DNA of 64,000 bases, taken from the IMG/VR virus record IMGVR_UViG_3300047557_003487, positions 23-64,022 of that record. One strand, 5' to 3'. The position numbers and the translations under genes were made by a program. Below are positions 48,801 to 58,431 of the stretch, one piece after another. Origin of the DNA: a virus. Taxonomy: Duplodnaviria; Caudoviricetes. Numbering within the stretch: position 1 is the first letter of the stretch; every line of letters starts with the position of its first letter. The notes under the pieces were generated by a model. It made no database searches. It was not told the origin of the DNA and worked only from the letters and a program-made list of their open reading frames with translations.

Positions 48801-50792
48801 CAACCAATCTCTTCAGGTCTATCGGTTCAAAATCATAGATTGGTGAGTGATATATTTTACCCATCTTATTTTTGGGAAGCAGGTAACGGGTTTTCCTCGT
48901 TTACAACTTCTAAGGTTGGTTACTATAGTGCGTTCGATGCCAACTATACTTCAGCACCAATCAACAGGCCTAATTTTGATGGACTTAGAGGGTCAACATC
49001 CGTGAGTTATAACGACAGTTATCGTAGCTTTATTTCTCCCGCATATTATGATGCATCTGAGGACCTCTCAGGTGTTGGATATCTATATACAGATACAGGT
49101 AAAGGTAAGAAGCCTAAACAAGTAAACATGTGGGTTTACAGCCCAAGTTTCGTTGGTTCTTTCACAGCAAGTCCATTGAGTATAAGTTCGAAAGTGAACA
49201 ATGTTATGAGAACAGACAGACTTCCGACCTCTGACTTTTTGGATGGTAGTGGTTGGAATTACAATCAGAACGCCGCTGTTTTACAAAAAAACTTAGGATT
49301 CCAACTTTATTTACTTAATACCGATTCTGAAGATTTTACATCAGATAGATACGATACAGGTGCCGATATAGTTACACCAGACATTGACGGACAACTTTAC
49401 GAAAGTGAGGTTTTAACCAGCTTGAACACTTGTTCAAACATGGTTGGATTAAATTGTTATTCAGGTTTTGGTTCTACATTTGGAATCGACGTGACTTGTA
49501 AAGAAACCGACCCCGTTCAGAATGGATGTTATGTTATGATGGTTAGACCGTTGCTCGACTTAGGAAAAGATTTGAAAACGTGGTCAGAGTGGGGATTCAG
49601 ATTTAGATTCTTCTATGGATTGTGTAGAGGAGTCTTAGCACAAACTTTCACGAATAACTGGATTAATGGAACACTTTTTGCTTTCCCAATTCAGGTTGAT
49701 ACATTTTATGATAGACAGAACAAACCTAAACCACCAATATTTGCTAAAGAGTTGGTTTATTTTGATTCGAAAACAAACAATTTCTATTATAGAAGTTCTC
49801 CTTGGCAAGGGGATGTTACATCAGGTAATTTTATCGGTAGACCATTAACGGGGCAACCAAGACCGTTATCACCAAATGTTCCATCTGTCCTGAGAGAACC
49901 TGTTAACAAAAGAAACTTATTATTCCCAACTACAATTATCAATTTAGGTTACAAGGATTCTTTTTATCAAGAAATAATTTTTGACCCGTCAGCAAGAGCC
50001 TACATTATGAAGTCTCTAAACCCAACATCATATTCGGATACTTCGGATTTGGTGAATTTGTTTGTTATATCAAGAATCACTGACGAGACATTTTTGAAAA
50101 GGTTATTTGCAGGATTCAATCCTAATAATAACCTAAACCAACTATTCTCTAGGCCACAAAAAAGAATAGATGGTGATTTGGCACAAGCCATGTCTATTAA
50201 TTCAGAGTATGGTGTAATACCTTTTTCACCTGAATACTATGCAATTACAGGACAAGTCGGTCAACCAGTCGTTGTTGCGGGACCAGCAAGTAATCCTGCG
50301 ATAGGTGTTTTCTTTTCATCAACAACTGAGGACTTACAGAATAAAGACTTTGTCTCACCAGGTATAATTGATTTTAGACCTACAAACAATATTAATGCAA
50401 TCACTTATCCTTTCGAATTGAAATCTCAGAAAGTTCCATTCTATCAGTGGGGGTTAGAGGGTTCAACAGGTGGAATATTTGGTTCTGAAAAAAACAATTG
50501 GAAAACAAATATAGGAGACGGAATTACATCATACAGATATCAAGCTTTGAGTAGAAGATTCACAGCAACACCTGCATATTTCAATAGTGGATATAACAAC
50601 GTTGGAGACATATACCAAAGAGGTTACATATTTGCTGTGGACCAAAATCAGAATTATGCAACATATCAAGCACAAGCTGGAACATTTTCAACTATGTTCA
50701 TGGTAGGTGCCCCATATCAATTCTATTTTGGGGTTATAAAAGGAGAGACCGCACTCGATAAATTCAAAACAAAGTATTCAATAGATGAATAA
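45894..50792 (+). CDS. large structural protein with prealbumin-like N-terminus and an internal hydrophobic segment
   Basis: GVIVGRV...GLPNARVSVF...TNDSGDYMIMGVPVG; about 90 strongly hydrophobic residues near 47400-47670, followed by CQACDC. Confidence 0.55.
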   Translation: MGQSYRIRTELGVNKTLNLQLDQDFEFLEILSLTIQQTDIYTRACADYGVIVGRVTANNGLGLPNARVSVFIPIQQVDESNPVISSIYPYKSPTDKNEDGYRYNLLPYEASYTGHAASGTLPTRVDALTGSTAVEIYDKYYKFTSKTNDSGDYMIMGVPVGTQQLVMDVDLSDIGEFSLTPQDLIRVGRATEGQVAGNRFRTSTDLNSLPQIINLTKSVEVAPLWGDPDVCQIAINRVDFDLRDDANIDIQPTAVFMGSLTSTPDQMRVRRNAKPKDNMGNLCQLTTGPGQILALRQTIQQDENGNPILEQYELEQSGNIIDGNGVWLTELPMNLDYIVTNEFGERVISNDPTIGIPTKGKYRFKVKWQQPPTLTEQTRRPYYLIPNIKEYGWNNQSQDPNIATTTSQIQKDRLNSTYYFGLDWSGYTQGFTGQEQIDRLTEVINCEDTFYEFIFNKVYTVSSFIDEFKNGAKGRFIGIKEIDSQDCESTVNKFPVNEGFRNFDLLYFLFAIIIQVLQLVGIPLLIIFHFLAFLWNNFAVPFLAFITAYFFREAIQNFIAAGLSFPALGLAAPFIIKGIINLGIAILIILNFRKITRYRFGKFKIPMIQYPDCQACDCEEEQTREGGDVNATSLLTQLTNPGLYYDRLLPIVSRNTYTNVDNDEDTNLPTETDSGVLTLVFTQALAGRADEKNDIKIYKAPESQVLRLPDSGASPRQVFAFSQQITYGDRVNLFNGRKKYFDGVNRISVSFNHLDNIGKSHYDNTITVLTNTKLASGSLYTTIDPFTSGDVNFTYTASTGTEFITGISGFSKGIGARSVTVNYCSISNQTQSQSLQYFLNTGTTEDNYKFPMDVEYFQVVTALTISEAAQLWNTSNSSTFAGIMSSCTQSYYNVRKNFPGSWGQEDPAPNFCLSQTFEDFQNQYITIFQRGVDPYSPKYNNKYGIGKILGLANENDLVITASTRLNVPIQPISSGLSVQNHRLVSDIFYPSYFWEAGNGFSSFTTSKVGYYSAFDANYTSAPINRPNFDGLRGSTSVSYNDSYRSFISPAYYDASEDLSGVGYLYTDTGKGKKPKQVNMWVYSPSFVGSFTASPLSISSKVNNVMRTDRLPTSDFLDGSGWNYNQNAAVLQKNLGFQLYLLNTDSEDFTSDRYDTGADIVTPDIDGQLYESEVLTSLNTCSNMVGLNCYSGFGSTFGIDVTCKETDPVQNGCYVMMVRPLLDLGKDLKTWSEWGFRFRFFYGLCRGVLAQTFTNNWINGTLFAFPIQVDTFYDRQNKPKPPIFAKELVYFDSKTNNFYYRSSPWQGDVTSGNFIGRPLTGQPRPLSPNVPSVLREPVNKRNLLFPTTIINLGYKDSFYQEIIFDPSARAYIMKSLNPTSYSDTSDLVNLFVISRITDETFLKRLFAGFNPNNNLNQLFSRPQKRIDGDLAQAMSINSEYGVIPFSPEYYAITGQVGQPVVVAGPASNPAIGVFFSSTTEDLQNKDFVSPGIIDFRPTNNINAITYPFELKSQKVPFYQWGLEGSTGGIFGSEKNNWKTNIGDGITSYRYQALSRRFTATPAYFNSGYNNVGDIYQRGYIFAVDQNQNYATYQAQAGTFSTMFMVGAPYQFYFGVIKGETALDKFKTKYSIDE

Positions 50793-52482
50793 CTACACAA
50801 TAGTACCAAGTAATCTTAGATACAAGAGTGCACCGTTTGTTGACGAGGAAATTTCAATATCATTAAATTCCAAACAACAAGAGATTACTGAATATGATAG
50901 AAGTCAGACTCTTTCTTTGGCACAAGTTTATGATGATGAGAGACAATCCTGCACTGTCTTTAGACCGACTTTCAAAATTAGTTATTTATACGCCAATGCA
51001 TATACTGGTACAACAACCTATATTCCATTCAGAAATAACTTGTACTTAATGGATAATGAAAATTCTGTAGTATCAGGTATTTGGAAAGGTTATCCTCAGT
51101 ATTACGAGTTTGATTTTTATAGACCTGACGTACAAGACCAACATTTTTCATATAAAGCAAAGAGTGCTTTAACATATAATTGGATGTATTATCTAACATA
51201 TGATTATGAAAATCAATACAACAAACAGATGACCTATTATTCCAATAACACTCCGATAAATTGGGTTGCGGGTGATGGAATTCCATTTGAAATTTTAAAT
51301 TTACAAGAAAGAGGAGATAGTGTTATAAGTTTTAATTGTATTGCTCCTCATGGATTGGTACCAAACGAATACGTTGAACTTTCAATAAGTTATAAAAATA
51401 ATAGAATTTTCCAAGTTCTCTCTTTAGGTAATAGATTGGTTAACAGTGAGCCATTTATTTTCAATGTACTAAATGTTGGATATACTGGTAACACATTTAA
51501 CAATGGCACAAGGGGTACTTTCAAAAGAGTCATTAACCCTGATAATTTGAACGAGACAAGGTCAAAGTACTATGTAAAAAAACTTAAAGTTTTAACTAAT
51601 CTCGAAGATATCATTGTTACTAAAGCTGGTTTTGAAAAGAACGTATTTAACGAAGAAAAAAAATATCAATTCAGTTCCCTTACACCAAACAATTTATCTA
51701 GAGTCACTCAGAAAACAAGTAGTAATGCGTATACGTTCACTGTTGCGTATGATTTGGATTTTGCTGGCGTGAGAGACAACCAAAACAGACCTCTTAGTCA
51801 AATCAATCTTTCAATTATCAATAAAGGATATTCAGGGTATTTTAATCAGCCAAACAATGGTATAGGCTTAAAACAAGGTTGGGAGTTTAATCTATCCAAA
51901 ACGGTAAATCCTTGGTGGGATTTGAATAACACAAATTCAAATACTAGTATTCAAACCTCTGCTTATACTCTCACAAGTGGTTCTACAAAAACATTTTATT
52001 ATAATGCAAATTTAAAACCAGGAGATATAATTGATGGAGATTTTTGTGAATGGAATGATTATACTCAAGTTGAAAGAGTTGTTTCGCCATATTATCATAA
52101 GATAAAGTTTAACCAAAACGTATTTCAAACAACTAATACAACTGATACTAATTCACCAGGTTATTATTACAAACCACATATTTCAATGACCTTGAGAGTC
52201 TTCTCGGATTATGTTGAAACAGGTGATGTTGGAACTGTTGACGGAGTTCCTAGTTGGGCGTTTTATTCAACACAAGACCAAGAATTTAGATGGAGAGACT
52301 TGTACACTTATGGTTTCATTGATGAACAAGATAGAGGCGTTGACTATCCATTTTTTAACACTGCCCAATACCCATTTACAGATGCGGTATTTAGATTAAT
52401 ACCTGAAGGTGTTAATTATAACGAAGCTCTTCAAGGAGTTAATGATATAACAATTAAACCGTTGATTGATGGATGTGAATAA
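50785..52482 (+). CDS. hypothetical structural protein
   Basis: 565 aa Tyr/Asn/Thr-rich ORF coupled to neighbours in the baseplate cluster. Confidence 0.6.
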   Translation: MNNYTIVPSNLRYKSAPFVDEEISISLNSKQQEITEYDRSQTLSLAQVYDDERQSCTVFRPTFKISYLYANAYTGTTTYIPFRNNLYLMDNENSVVSGIWKGYPQYYEFDFYRPDVQDQHFSYKAKSALTYNWMYYLTYDYENQYNKQMTYYSNNTPINWVAGDGIPFEILNLQERGDSVISFNCIAPHGLVPNEYVELSISYKNNRIFQVLSLGNRLVNSEPFIFNVLNVGYTGNTFNNGTRGTFKRVINPDNLNETRSKYYVKKLKVLTNLEDIIVTKAGFEKNVFNEEKKYQFSSLTPNNLSRVTQKTSSNAYTFTVAYDLDFAGVRDNQNRPLSQINLSIINKGYSGYFNQPNNGIGLKQGWEFNLSKTVNPWWDLNNTNSNTSIQTSAYTLTSGSTKTFYYNANLKPGDIIDGDFCEWNDYTQVERVVSPYYHKIKFNQNVFQTTNTTDTNSPGYYYKPHISMTLRVFSDYVETGDVGTVDGVPSWAFYSTQDQEFRWRDLYTYGFIDEQDRGVDYPFFNTAQYPFTDAVFRLIPEGVNYNEALQGVNDITIKPLIDGCE

Positions 52483-53410
52483 ATTTCAAATATTACGTCA
52501 GGGTGGTGTTAGTAAACAAATTAACATACCAATTGAGTTAACCTGGGATTATCTCGGGTTAGATGATGCGATTGACGAATATGAAACCAAAATTATTGAA
52601 GAAGTAATTGGTAAAGGAAGAGACTTTGAAGTTTCAAGATTTAGTCACGCACCACATAATAGTCCGTCAATTTATATCAATACAACAACGGGTCAAATAG
52701 GAAATGGTAATAACCAATCAATACCTGGCCAATCAGAATCGACATTTATAAATTATGAATTTTATTTTTATTCAGGAGGTTCAATAAATGATTTAAATAA
52801 CTGGCAGATAAATTATTTGGGGGAGGGTTTTTCACCACAAGACTTATACTATTATTCCAATGCTTTTACAAATTCTTTTTTCAAATTGGACTTGTATGAT
52901 ACTCCTGATGAGAAAAGACAAACAAATTATGTAACAATCATTATACCAACACAACAAGGTTTAATGATGAATACTCAAATGCAAAGAGATGTTGTGTCTG
53001 TAAGAAAACCTGAATTTGTTTTGGATTTCAACGGAGACAAAGAAGGATTTTTTATCTATTGGTTAAAGAAAAGAAACTTTCTGAACATATCTACGTTTTA
53101 CATGTCCGCTAAGTTCTATAATGCACGAACAGGACAATTTACAAAAATGATGACGGGAAGAGGATGGGACCCATCAAGCTCAACTCCACCTTGCCAGCAA
53201 CAGTGGCCGAGTTATTTAAACATAGATAAGACCTTGGGTCCACAAGCTTGTATGTCTGCAGGAGAAAGAACAACTTTCGACAATACACAATACTTTTATT
53301 ATACGGTTCAATTGGACTATCCAACACAAACCTACCAAATATATAACACTTTTGGACAGAGGTTAGGGACAAATATACCCATAAAATGGTTTGAATATAT
53401 TAATCCATGA
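52469..53410 (+). CDS. hypothetical structural protein
   Basis: ORF overlapping both neighbours in the baseplate cluster. Confidence 0.6.
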   Translation: MDVNKFQILRQGGVSKQINIPIELTWDYLGLDDAIDEYETKIIEEVIGKGRDFEVSRFSHAPHNSPSIYINTTTGQIGNGNNQSIPGQSESTFINYEFYFYSGGSINDLNNWQINYLGEGFSPQDLYYYSNAFTNSFFKLDLYDTPDEKRQTNYVTIIIPTQQGLMMNTQMQRDVVSVRKPEFVLDFNGDKEGFFIYWLKKRNFLNISTFYMSAKFYNARTGQFTKMMTGRGWDPSSSTPPCQQQWPSYLNIDKTLGPQACMSAGERTTFDNTQYFYYTVQLDYPTQTYQIYNTFGQRLGTNIPIKWFEYINP

Positions 53411-54513
53411 GTCAAGATTATTACAAATATATCATATCACCTGAGAATGTAAGAGGTGATTTGGCTACTGTGAACTATCAAGGAACACAGGTAGGTGTTT
53501 ACTCAGCAATGACTCGTGTGGTTAGTTCAGGTCCTGGTGGTTCATCTTTGTTGAAACAAGTCTCGATACCAGTACTTTTGAGACAAAGTGCGGTTGATGC
53601 GGGATATTATTCACCTTTTGATGGTGCAGTTCAGCAAAAAGATGTTGTAACAAGTTTTCTTTTTTCAGCTACGACAGGAAGTCCTATGACTTATTATGTT
53701 TATAACACGTCTGAACAATTTGCAAACTACTTGGCTTTATCATCATACAGAGTAGATTGGGGGGATAATTCGCCTAAACAAACAATTACAACTTACGCAC
53801 CCAATTCAATATCACACACATATCCAACACCACCAATCAATCAATCCAAAACTTATAAAATAACGTTGGAGCAAATAAATCCTTGGGGAGTGAACACTGT
53901 TACAAAAACAGTTACAGTACCGTATAAAAATATTTCTCCAGCCAACCCTCAAGGAGAATGTTTCTTTGCACCTTCATTTGGTAAATGGATTGGAACACCA
54001 GTTTCCTACGACTATATTTTTTCGGGTGATGCAGTTAACGAAGTGTCTGCTCAAGTATCATCAGATTATATAACAGTACCTTTTACAATTACAGGATTAA
54101 CACCTTCAAGGATTACCGAATTGAAACCTTATGGTACTTTAACAACAGCCCAAAGAATTAATTTACCAATTATTAATAATGGTGTTTTGTGGGGGTCAAT
54201 CACAAACATAGGAAATGGATTCACGGCCTATACAATTCAAGGAACAAGTTACGTTGATTATTCAGATGGTGTTACAATTTTTTATCAACAATCATCAGGA
54301 CTAACTTCACAAAACTTAACTGCCGAACCAATAACAAAAAACGAAACCTTACTTAAAGTAATGGACCAACCGAAAATTTTAACAAACGTATTTGTTGAGA
54401 GAGGTAAAAACAGTGCTTATGAAAGGGTACAAAGACTTGGTGAAGTTGATAATTTGGGAGACATGATAAACTATGGTTACGGATTTTTCAATGTCGTAGA
54501 AAAAGGCTCATAA
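53407..54513 (+). CDS. structural protein with a PKD-like domain
   Basis: VDWGDNS...SHTY...YKITL...WG..TVTKTVTV PKD pattern. Confidence 0.55.
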   Translation: MSQDYYKYIISPENVRGDLATVNYQGTQVGVYSAMTRVVSSGPGGSSLLKQVSIPVLLRQSAVDAGYYSPFDGAVQQKDVVTSFLFSATTGSPMTYYVYNTSEQFANYLALSSYRVDWGDNSPKQTITTYAPNSISHTYPTPPINQSKTYKITLEQINPWGVNTVTKTVTVPYKNISPANPQGECFFAPSFGKWIGTPVSYDYIFSGDAVNEVSAQVSSDYITVPFTITGLTPSRITELKPYGTLTTAQRINLPIINNGVLWGSITNIGNGFTAYTIQGTSYVDYSDGVTIFYQQSSGLTSQNLTAEPITKNETLLKVMDQPKILTNVFVERGKNSAYERVQRLGEVDNLGDMINYGYGFFNVVEKGS

Positions 54514-54538
54514 ACTATTTATAGAAAATTAAACTTAT

Positions 54539-55447
54539 ATGGCAATAGGTTCATATGGAACAATAAGACCGAGTGATGTTTCTCCTGCAGATGTAGAAAT
54601 TATCATGAACTACACTCCTACAAGAGACGCCACAGATTCTTTTGTATTAACTAAACTTGACGCTCAAAGTCTTTTGAGACCTTACTTTGAAAACACAGAA
54701 ACAGGTGGGAACGCTGGTGTTGAGGTGATTGGGGGGTTATACAATTTAACTCTACCAGCAAATCAATTTAACGCATTGGGTATATACACACTTTACTTAA
54801 GACCTGCACAAATCAGAACTGTAATTACGGATTGTGGTGTTTTAAGTGCATTGCCTAACGTAAAAGGTCTGGTTATAGACTTGGCTAATGTTGACCCACA
54901 GTTTCAAAATAAATTTGTACCTCAAGGATTAGTTGGATTCAGAATTGAATACTTGAATCCTGATGGTTCAAAAATACCAAATTTCTTTAGGGTAGTAACC
55001 TCATGTTTCTTCTGTGAACCAGTTGTTACTAACGAAGTTAACACGACTCAAAAGGCTATTAGATATAGATATGTTGAGGGAGATTCCAATTTGTTGTTCT
55101 TAACAGTATCACCTTCTTCATCACCAACTAATAAACCAAATGCCACACCATACATCGGTCAACCTGACCAAGATATTCTTATATCAAACACATTTTTCAA
55201 TCCTGTAACCTTAGAGATTGAAATGGTTGAGTACGACATATCTACTCTGGCTATCGCACTTTACGGTAATCAGACTAAATCAATTGACGATGGTATCTAC
55301 ACTATCTACGACAGTCAGAATAACATCTTCAGACAATACAACTTGTATGAGGTTAGAGACCAATTTAATGCTCTGTTGTACGAGGTTAGACAAAATAGAG
55401 GTGATAACATCGATTTCAGTAAAAACTTCACTTCAATTACTAGCTAA
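54539..55447 (+). CDS. hypothetical structural protein
   Basis: 302 aa ORF preceded by TATTTAT at 54516-54522. Confidence 0.65.
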   Translation: MAIGSYGTIRPSDVSPADVEIIMNYTPTRDATDSFVLTKLDAQSLLRPYFENTETGGNAGVEVIGGLYNLTLPANQFNALGIYTLYLRPAQIRTVITDCGVLSALPNVKGLVIDLANVDPQFQNKFVPQGLVGFRIEYLNPDGSKIPNFFRVVTSCFFCEPVVTNEVNTTQKAIRYRYVEGDSNLLFLTVSPSSSPTNKPNATPYIGQPDQDILISNTFFNPVTLEIEMVEYDISTLAIALYGNQTKSIDDGIYTIYDSQNNIFRQYNLYEVRDQFNALLYEVRQNRGDNIDFSKNFTSITS

Positions 55448-58425
55448 TGGCAACAACAATAAGAAAGACCAAATTCTTTTATCCGCCGAGACCAGGTAGT
55501 GGTGCGGCGACCTTCTCTGATAACATTGTAGGTTTACAAACAGTGGAGGGTGGAGGTCTTACGCAAGGTAACTTCGAGTTTACTACAGCGGTTGTTGAAA
55601 AAGTTAATAGAAGATTTAATGTAGGTGCATTCTCTGAACCAATTGATTTAAGTCAGTTGGATATAGACAATGTATTTGAGAGTAGAAGAATAATGGCAAC
55701 TCAATTTAGGGTCTATCCTAACTTTGACGTGTCTCAAGTAATGAACTTTTCTTTGTATGGTTCTTTATCTAAAAGATTTCAAGTTTCTATTGGACATATA
55801 ATAAATTTATTCCCCGCTTCATTGGATGTTCAGTTCTTAAACCAAGAATATTTCACAGGATTTACGGCAGAAAATATTGTTTATGACCCGATTTATGACG
55901 AAACAAGTTTTGAGGTTAACGTTGATAGAATTAAAAATCCTTTCGACATTGATTATTCTGTAAGTGCGGCAACTAACTTGAATTTAAGAGAAATTACAGT
56001 TTCACCTTATAGAAACTTGTATAATACATATTTGGACTACTGTGTAGCAATCAATGATGATATATTCAAAGTAGTTTCTTTTACACCATCACCGACACTA
56101 TCTTCAGGTGCTATTAAATTTACAGTTTCAGGGGCTCCTTTTGGTCAGACAGCTACAACTATTATAGAGGAGTACCAAATAAGACCAAACGATTTTATAG
56201 TTGATAAAATATTTGCTGAGTCATTAGATGAAGTTGAAAAATTCTTGGTTAATAGATTGGTACAACCTGAATACACTTCTGTTTTTCAGGTACCGAGACA
56301 AAATGCCGATGGACAATATTATACAGACAACCAATCGGTTACTTGGCCAAAGGATGGACCATGGAATTTAGATATACGTTCTTTTCTTTTTGAGGATTAT
56401 TTGACTCAACTTGGAGCAATCGCTGAAGATTTAGACTCCTACAAAACTAATTTAATCTCAAGATTTCTTATATCGGCATCACTCAAAGAATTCGATACTT
56501 TGGACAGGAAAGTTGAAAAGATATTCCAAATATACGGTAGAAGTTTCGATGAAGTAAAACAATTTATAGATGCTTTAGCGTTTATGAACTCCGTTAACTA
56601 TAATGTAGGTAATGATATACCATCTCAATTGTTGGTAAACTTAGCACAGACATTAGGATGGACTGCAAACTTTTCACCAATTACAGACATGGACTTTTTG
56701 GATTCAGTTTTCGGTAACACCCAAACACCTACCTATCCTGGTTACGCAAGAGCCCTTACTCCTACAGAGTTGAATTATGCTTTTTATAGAAACTTAATTC
56801 TCAACTCAGCATATCTTTTCAAATCTAAAGGAACAAGAAGGTCAGTTGAATTTATGATGAGATTAATTGGCGCCCCAGATTCGTTGGTAGAGTTCAATGA
56901 ACACATATATCTCGCTGACCAAAAAATTAATATTGACCAATTTGATGCCCAATATGCTCAGATTTCGGGAGGTACTTATGTTCAGAGGACACCAGCATAC
57001 TTACCAAACTCAACATATAAAATAAAAGGTAAATTATTCAGTGCATTTACAACTGAAGATACGTATGAGGATGTTCAAATTGAACTTGATGATTACCCAA
57101 TAGATGAAGAGGGTTATCCTAAAGCTCCAAGAAACACAGAAGACTACTTTTTCCAATTGGGTGCTGGTTGGTATGAGACAACGCCATCACATAGAAGTCC
57201 TGACGAGGTTCAAATCACGGGAGAAGTTTATACAGGTCAGAACTTCGACATTCAAACACAACTACAACCTTTTACTTACGGTCAACAGTACCTTAACAGG
57301 TTCAGAAAATTCCCTTATATGACTGAGGGATTCAAACTAAAAAAAGTAGTAGACAACAATAAGTCGTGGTTAGAGGAAGACGATAAGATAAGGGTATCTA
57401 CAGACGCAAACTTTAACGCATATTATTATGCGGACAATGAAAAACTTGTATTGAATGTTAAGAATATAGATTTGTTTTTAAATCCAGCCCAAGGACTTGT
57501 ATATGACGTGTGGGATTCATCTGTAAGATATGATTATCCTATACCTGAATCAGGATTTACCGTAGGATATCCTGTTCCTGGTGGAGTAGATTCCACATTT
57601 ATAAATCCTGAACCTAAAAAGAAAACATTTTTTGAGTTTTATCAAACTTTTTGGGAGAACATGATTAATGTGAGGAATAGACAATACATTACCGATGGTA
57701 AAACAGGGGGATATCCAACATTACAGTCTATTTGGTGGAAGTATATTGAATCAGAACAAACAGTTGGTATACCAAATAACAAATATACATACCAAAAACT
57801 GATTGATTATATAAATGGGATGGGTCCATATTGGATGAAGTTAGTTGAACAGATGATTCCTGCTACAACAATATGGAATACAGGTACAAAATTAGAAAAC
57901 TCAGTACTTCAAAAACAAAAATTTGTTTATAGAAGACAAAGAGGATGCCAATTTATACCAGTACCAGTAGACCCTTGTTTTATAATCACAAATATATTTG
58001 ACTACACTTGCCAAACTGAGTATGTTGACTTTAATATCTATGCTTGGCTCAACGGAGACACATCAGTTTCAAACTTTCAATCCATTCTTGCTAACAGGAT
58101 AAATGTAATGTTAGCTCAACAAGGATTAACCCTGAACGATTGTATACAAAGTTCCGTGCAAACAGTTTGGTATGTAGATTTGATGATAGGAAACACACAA
58201 ATTATAAAAAAACCATTCTATACTGGTTATGGATTGACCGACGTACCAACCAATTCTAATTGGAGAAATGCTTTGATTCAAAATTTACCTTTGTTGTATC
58301 CTTTTGGGTTTACATATTTCTTAAATGGGAATAATTTGACTATTACAAACATGACCTGTACTCCAACAAACTTAAATAAATCAGTAAAACTAAATGTCTG
58401 TATGGACATTGGAATAAATTGTTAA
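55447..58425 (+). CDS. baseplate wedge protein (T4 gp7 / P2 gpI-like)
   Basis: LLVNLAQTLGW...YLFKSKGTRRSVEFMMRLIG resembles the gpI/gp7 core (L..LA...G; Y..KGT...). Confidence 0.62.
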   Translation: MATTIRKTKFFYPPRPGSGAATFSDNIVGLQTVEGGGLTQGNFEFTTAVVEKVNRRFNVGAFSEPIDLSQLDIDNVFESRRIMATQFRVYPNFDVSQVMNFSLYGSLSKRFQVSIGHIINLFPASLDVQFLNQEYFTGFTAENIVYDPIYDETSFEVNVDRIKNPFDIDYSVSAATNLNLREITVSPYRNLYNTYLDYCVAINDDIFKVVSFTPSPTLSSGAIKFTVSGAPFGQTATTIIEEYQIRPNDFIVDKIFAESLDEVEKFLVNRLVQPEYTSVFQVPRQNADGQYYTDNQSVTWPKDGPWNLDIRSFLFEDYLTQLGAIAEDLDSYKTNLISRFLISASLKEFDTLDRKVEKIFQIYGRSFDEVKQFIDALAFMNSVNYNVGNDIPSQLLVNLAQTLGWTANFSPITDMDFLDSVFGNTQTPTYPGYARALTPTELNYAFYRNLILNSAYLFKSKGTRRSVEFMMRLIGAPDSLVEFNEHIYLADQKINIDQFDAQYAQISGGTYVQRTPAYLPNSTYKIKGKLFSAFTTEDTYEDVQIELDDYPIDEEGYPKAPRNTEDYFFQLGAGWYETTPSHRSPDEVQITGEVYTGQNFDIQTQLQPFTYGQQYLNRFRKFPYMTEGFKLKKVVDNNKSWLEEDDKIRVSTDANFNAYYYADNEKLVLNVKNIDLFLNPAQGLVYDVWDSSVRYDYPIPESGFTVGYPVPGGVDSTFINPEPKKKTFFEFYQTFWENMINVRNRQYITDGKTGGYPTLQSIWWKYIESEQTVGIPNNKYTYQKLIDYINGMGPYWMKLVEQMIPATTIWNTGTKLENSVLQKQKFVYRRQRGCQFIPVPVDPCFIITNIFDYTCQTEYVDFNIYAWLNGDTSVSNFQSILANRINVMLAQQGLTLNDCIQSSVQTVWYVDLMIGNTQIIKKPFYTGYGLTDVPTNSNWRNALIQNLPLLYPFGFTYFLNGNNLTITNMTCTPTNLNKSVKLNVCMDIGINC

Positions 58426-58431
58426 TAGAAG